A stretch of DNA of 64,000 bases. Source: Basidiobolus meristosporus CBS 931.73. Lineage: Eukaryota > Fungi > Basidiobolomycota. Position numbers and translations under genes: made by a program. The notes below the pieces were generated by a model that was given only the letters and a program-made list of their open reading frames with translations, was not told the origin of the DNA and ran no database searches. The stretch is taken from positions 6,354 through 70,353 of the forward strand of contig MCFE01000465.1 in the NCBI GenBank assembly GCA_002104905.1, written 5' to 3'. Each line of letters starts with the position of its first letter. Position 1 is the stretch's first letter. Below are positions 62,046-64,000 of this stretch, piece after piece.

Positions 62046-64000
62046 AGACTTGTTCCATTGTACCGTGCCAGGGCGCACGGCGCAATCCGCGGTTGTAAAG
62101 AACAATTGGGCGCGATATTATAGCTACCAGAAGGCAGGATTGTTCTTGGACAATTTCGCACTATGCGGGACAATCTCGCACACTATGGCACAATCTGACA
62201 CAATGAGGTTGGCACGGATGATTGCGCCAACTTGTAATGTTTGCATCACATGCGCAATTGGATACCGCTATAATGGCAGGTAAAATCCGGTATTTGGATA
62301 TGTTTCTTTAATGTAAATGGAAATAAATGTGTATCACACTATAAACTACACTGATACTTACCATTTTGGTTACCCTCACTCCAATTGGACGGTATCTCAG
62401 TGGTTAATTGGTCCAAAAGTATCCTGAAGCTGGCAGCCCCCAATTGGCTCATTGACTACTGAAAAAGCTACCTGATTTGCCATCAAATATCCCATTTTGC
62501 CCATTGAGCAAGTAAATCCCTGATCCTAGTGATTGGACAAGGTGTCATAGCTAGCACGCAAGCAATTGTGTAGGTGCAAAACAGATCCAATAGCTGCACT
62601 GGTATTACAGATGACGTATATATATGCAGGGTGTTTATTTATAGGGGTTCTGTCTCAAATGTGAGACAACCTTGATATTACTTATATCAAAAATTTGATG
62701 ATCACTGATTTGCAATGGCTCAATTTGGATCGCAAAAAAAAAGGGTTGTTGGGATCATTACAAATGTGAGCAATTCAAAGCAATTGCATCATCTTCTCCT
62801 GGGTTTTTTTCTCACAGGGATTACTACTGAAGCATTTGGTAGTGACTCACTTTGCACACCTATACTACTTCCTGGCTGACTATCATCTTGGCTACTTGTG
62901 TATTTGTAGTCAGTATTTTGCCTCCTAGTTGATGAGTGCAATGCTGCAGCTTGGCCGCGCTGAATTGCTCCGAACTGAACCAACTGAACCGGCCTGTAGT
63001 GCCACGCGCTGACGCGTTCTTTTACTTGCCAAGGGCTCCGGTGGTTGAGGCACTTCATGTTGGTCATCATCAGTCAGTTCACCAGAAGTAACTTGCTGAT
63101 GGTCAGGCAAAACGGCACGCGCAGGCGCGCCTTGACGCGTTGAGATGGCCCTTGGCTGAGTTCAATGTGATGCTGCATGTTGACGCAACTTGGTCCGCTC
63201 CAATGGACTTGTGTCTAAATGAGCAGTTTGGCAAGTTCTGTAGTTTTGCTCTGAAGCGTGCAGCGTTGACTCAATGCTGACTGCGGGGCGTTCTGGTAAA
63301 GGGTGTTGGCGTGGTCTGGACTGACGTGCGCCGGCGCGCTGTGGTTGCAAGAGATGGTAGGGAATCCAGCAAGGCGTGCTGGCGCAATCTGGACAATGTT
63401 GCTTGCGGTCTGTATTCTTCCTCCTGAAGCTCACCATCTGATTCCTCAAGGTATTCACTTACCCTCTGTCTGATACTTTGGAGCTGTTGCCTGGATGAGT
63501 CCTGTGTATATTGCTCTTGGAAGCCACTTAGCTCTACTAATATATCACGTAGTACATTAGTCATTTGAGGCAAAAACTCATTCAAAATCTCTTTGGTTCC
63601 CAAAGTTGAGGCACGAACAGATGTCGTCCAGCCTGTACTGTGCAAATTGCGTGCAAAATTGTTCCTGCGCAGCTTCTTTGTCAAATCCCCTCACTCTCAG
63701 CTCATTCTTGATTTCAATACTTGTCTTGTTATAGTATCTTCTTACATACATTGGCTGGCATCTTGATGTAGAACTCCATGCCACAGCTTTCTACTCAAAT
63801 TCTTCCATCTTTGTCGACTCTCTGAGGTATCTAGTTCTGCTAGATTAATTAGTAGTGCCCAAATATATGATATGAAGGCTCATCATAGACACTTGGGCCA
63901 TACTAAAATCATTTGGCAAGAACTCAAATGGATCCAACATCAACTTTTCCAGTCTGGACAGCGCTTGAGAGCTGGGGGATGGGTTTTGTCTGGGTTGTAC
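62046..64000 (+). mobile_element. Copy C of the same transposon (left end and ORF2), running off the window
   Basis: ACT|AGACTTGTTCCATTG at 62043-62060; near-identical inverted match to 59300-61237; ORF2 fragments on the minus strand at 62789-63784. Confidence 0.9.

Overview
Eukaryotic DNA from an intron-rich fungus, most likely an early-diverging lineage (Zoopagomycota/Mucoromycota-like; the species cannot be fixed from this window). Two blocks of CpG-normal housekeeping genes are present. The first (1-19 kb) holds an F-box/LRR protein, an Itc1/BAZ1-like DDT-WHIM protein, STRAP, CK2-beta, a Vsb1-like SulP-STAS-cNMP transporter and an orphan coiled-coil protein. The second (35.8-46.7 kb) holds alanine aminotransferase, a tandem histone-fold protein, a TBC Rab-GAP, thymidylate kinase and MYG1. 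Between and after them lie CpG-depleted, repeat-rich compartments. Five observations stand out. (1) A secreted-protein island at 20-27 kb has two intronless multi-domain Kunitz/BPTI inhibitor genes, rare in fungi, with a non-canonical 'GC-x-G-x-VPF' loop I associate with bacterial Kunitz domains, a fossil third domain, and a GPI-type chitin deacetylase. (2) A two-gene PIF/Harbinger-superfamily (Pangu-like, ANT target duplication) DNA transposon occurs in three alternating-orientation copies plus a MITE; its transposase ORF has no CpG at all (28/28 Arg codons AGR) while its partner ORF is CpG-rich and decaying. (3) An H2B-like/H2A-like doublet protein. (4) Two separate tail-to-tail inverted Ty1/copia LTR structures of the same family. 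(5) CpG-directed hypermutation confined to repeats. No tRNA, rRNA or CRISPR was found. Exon boundaries are read by eye and are approximate.
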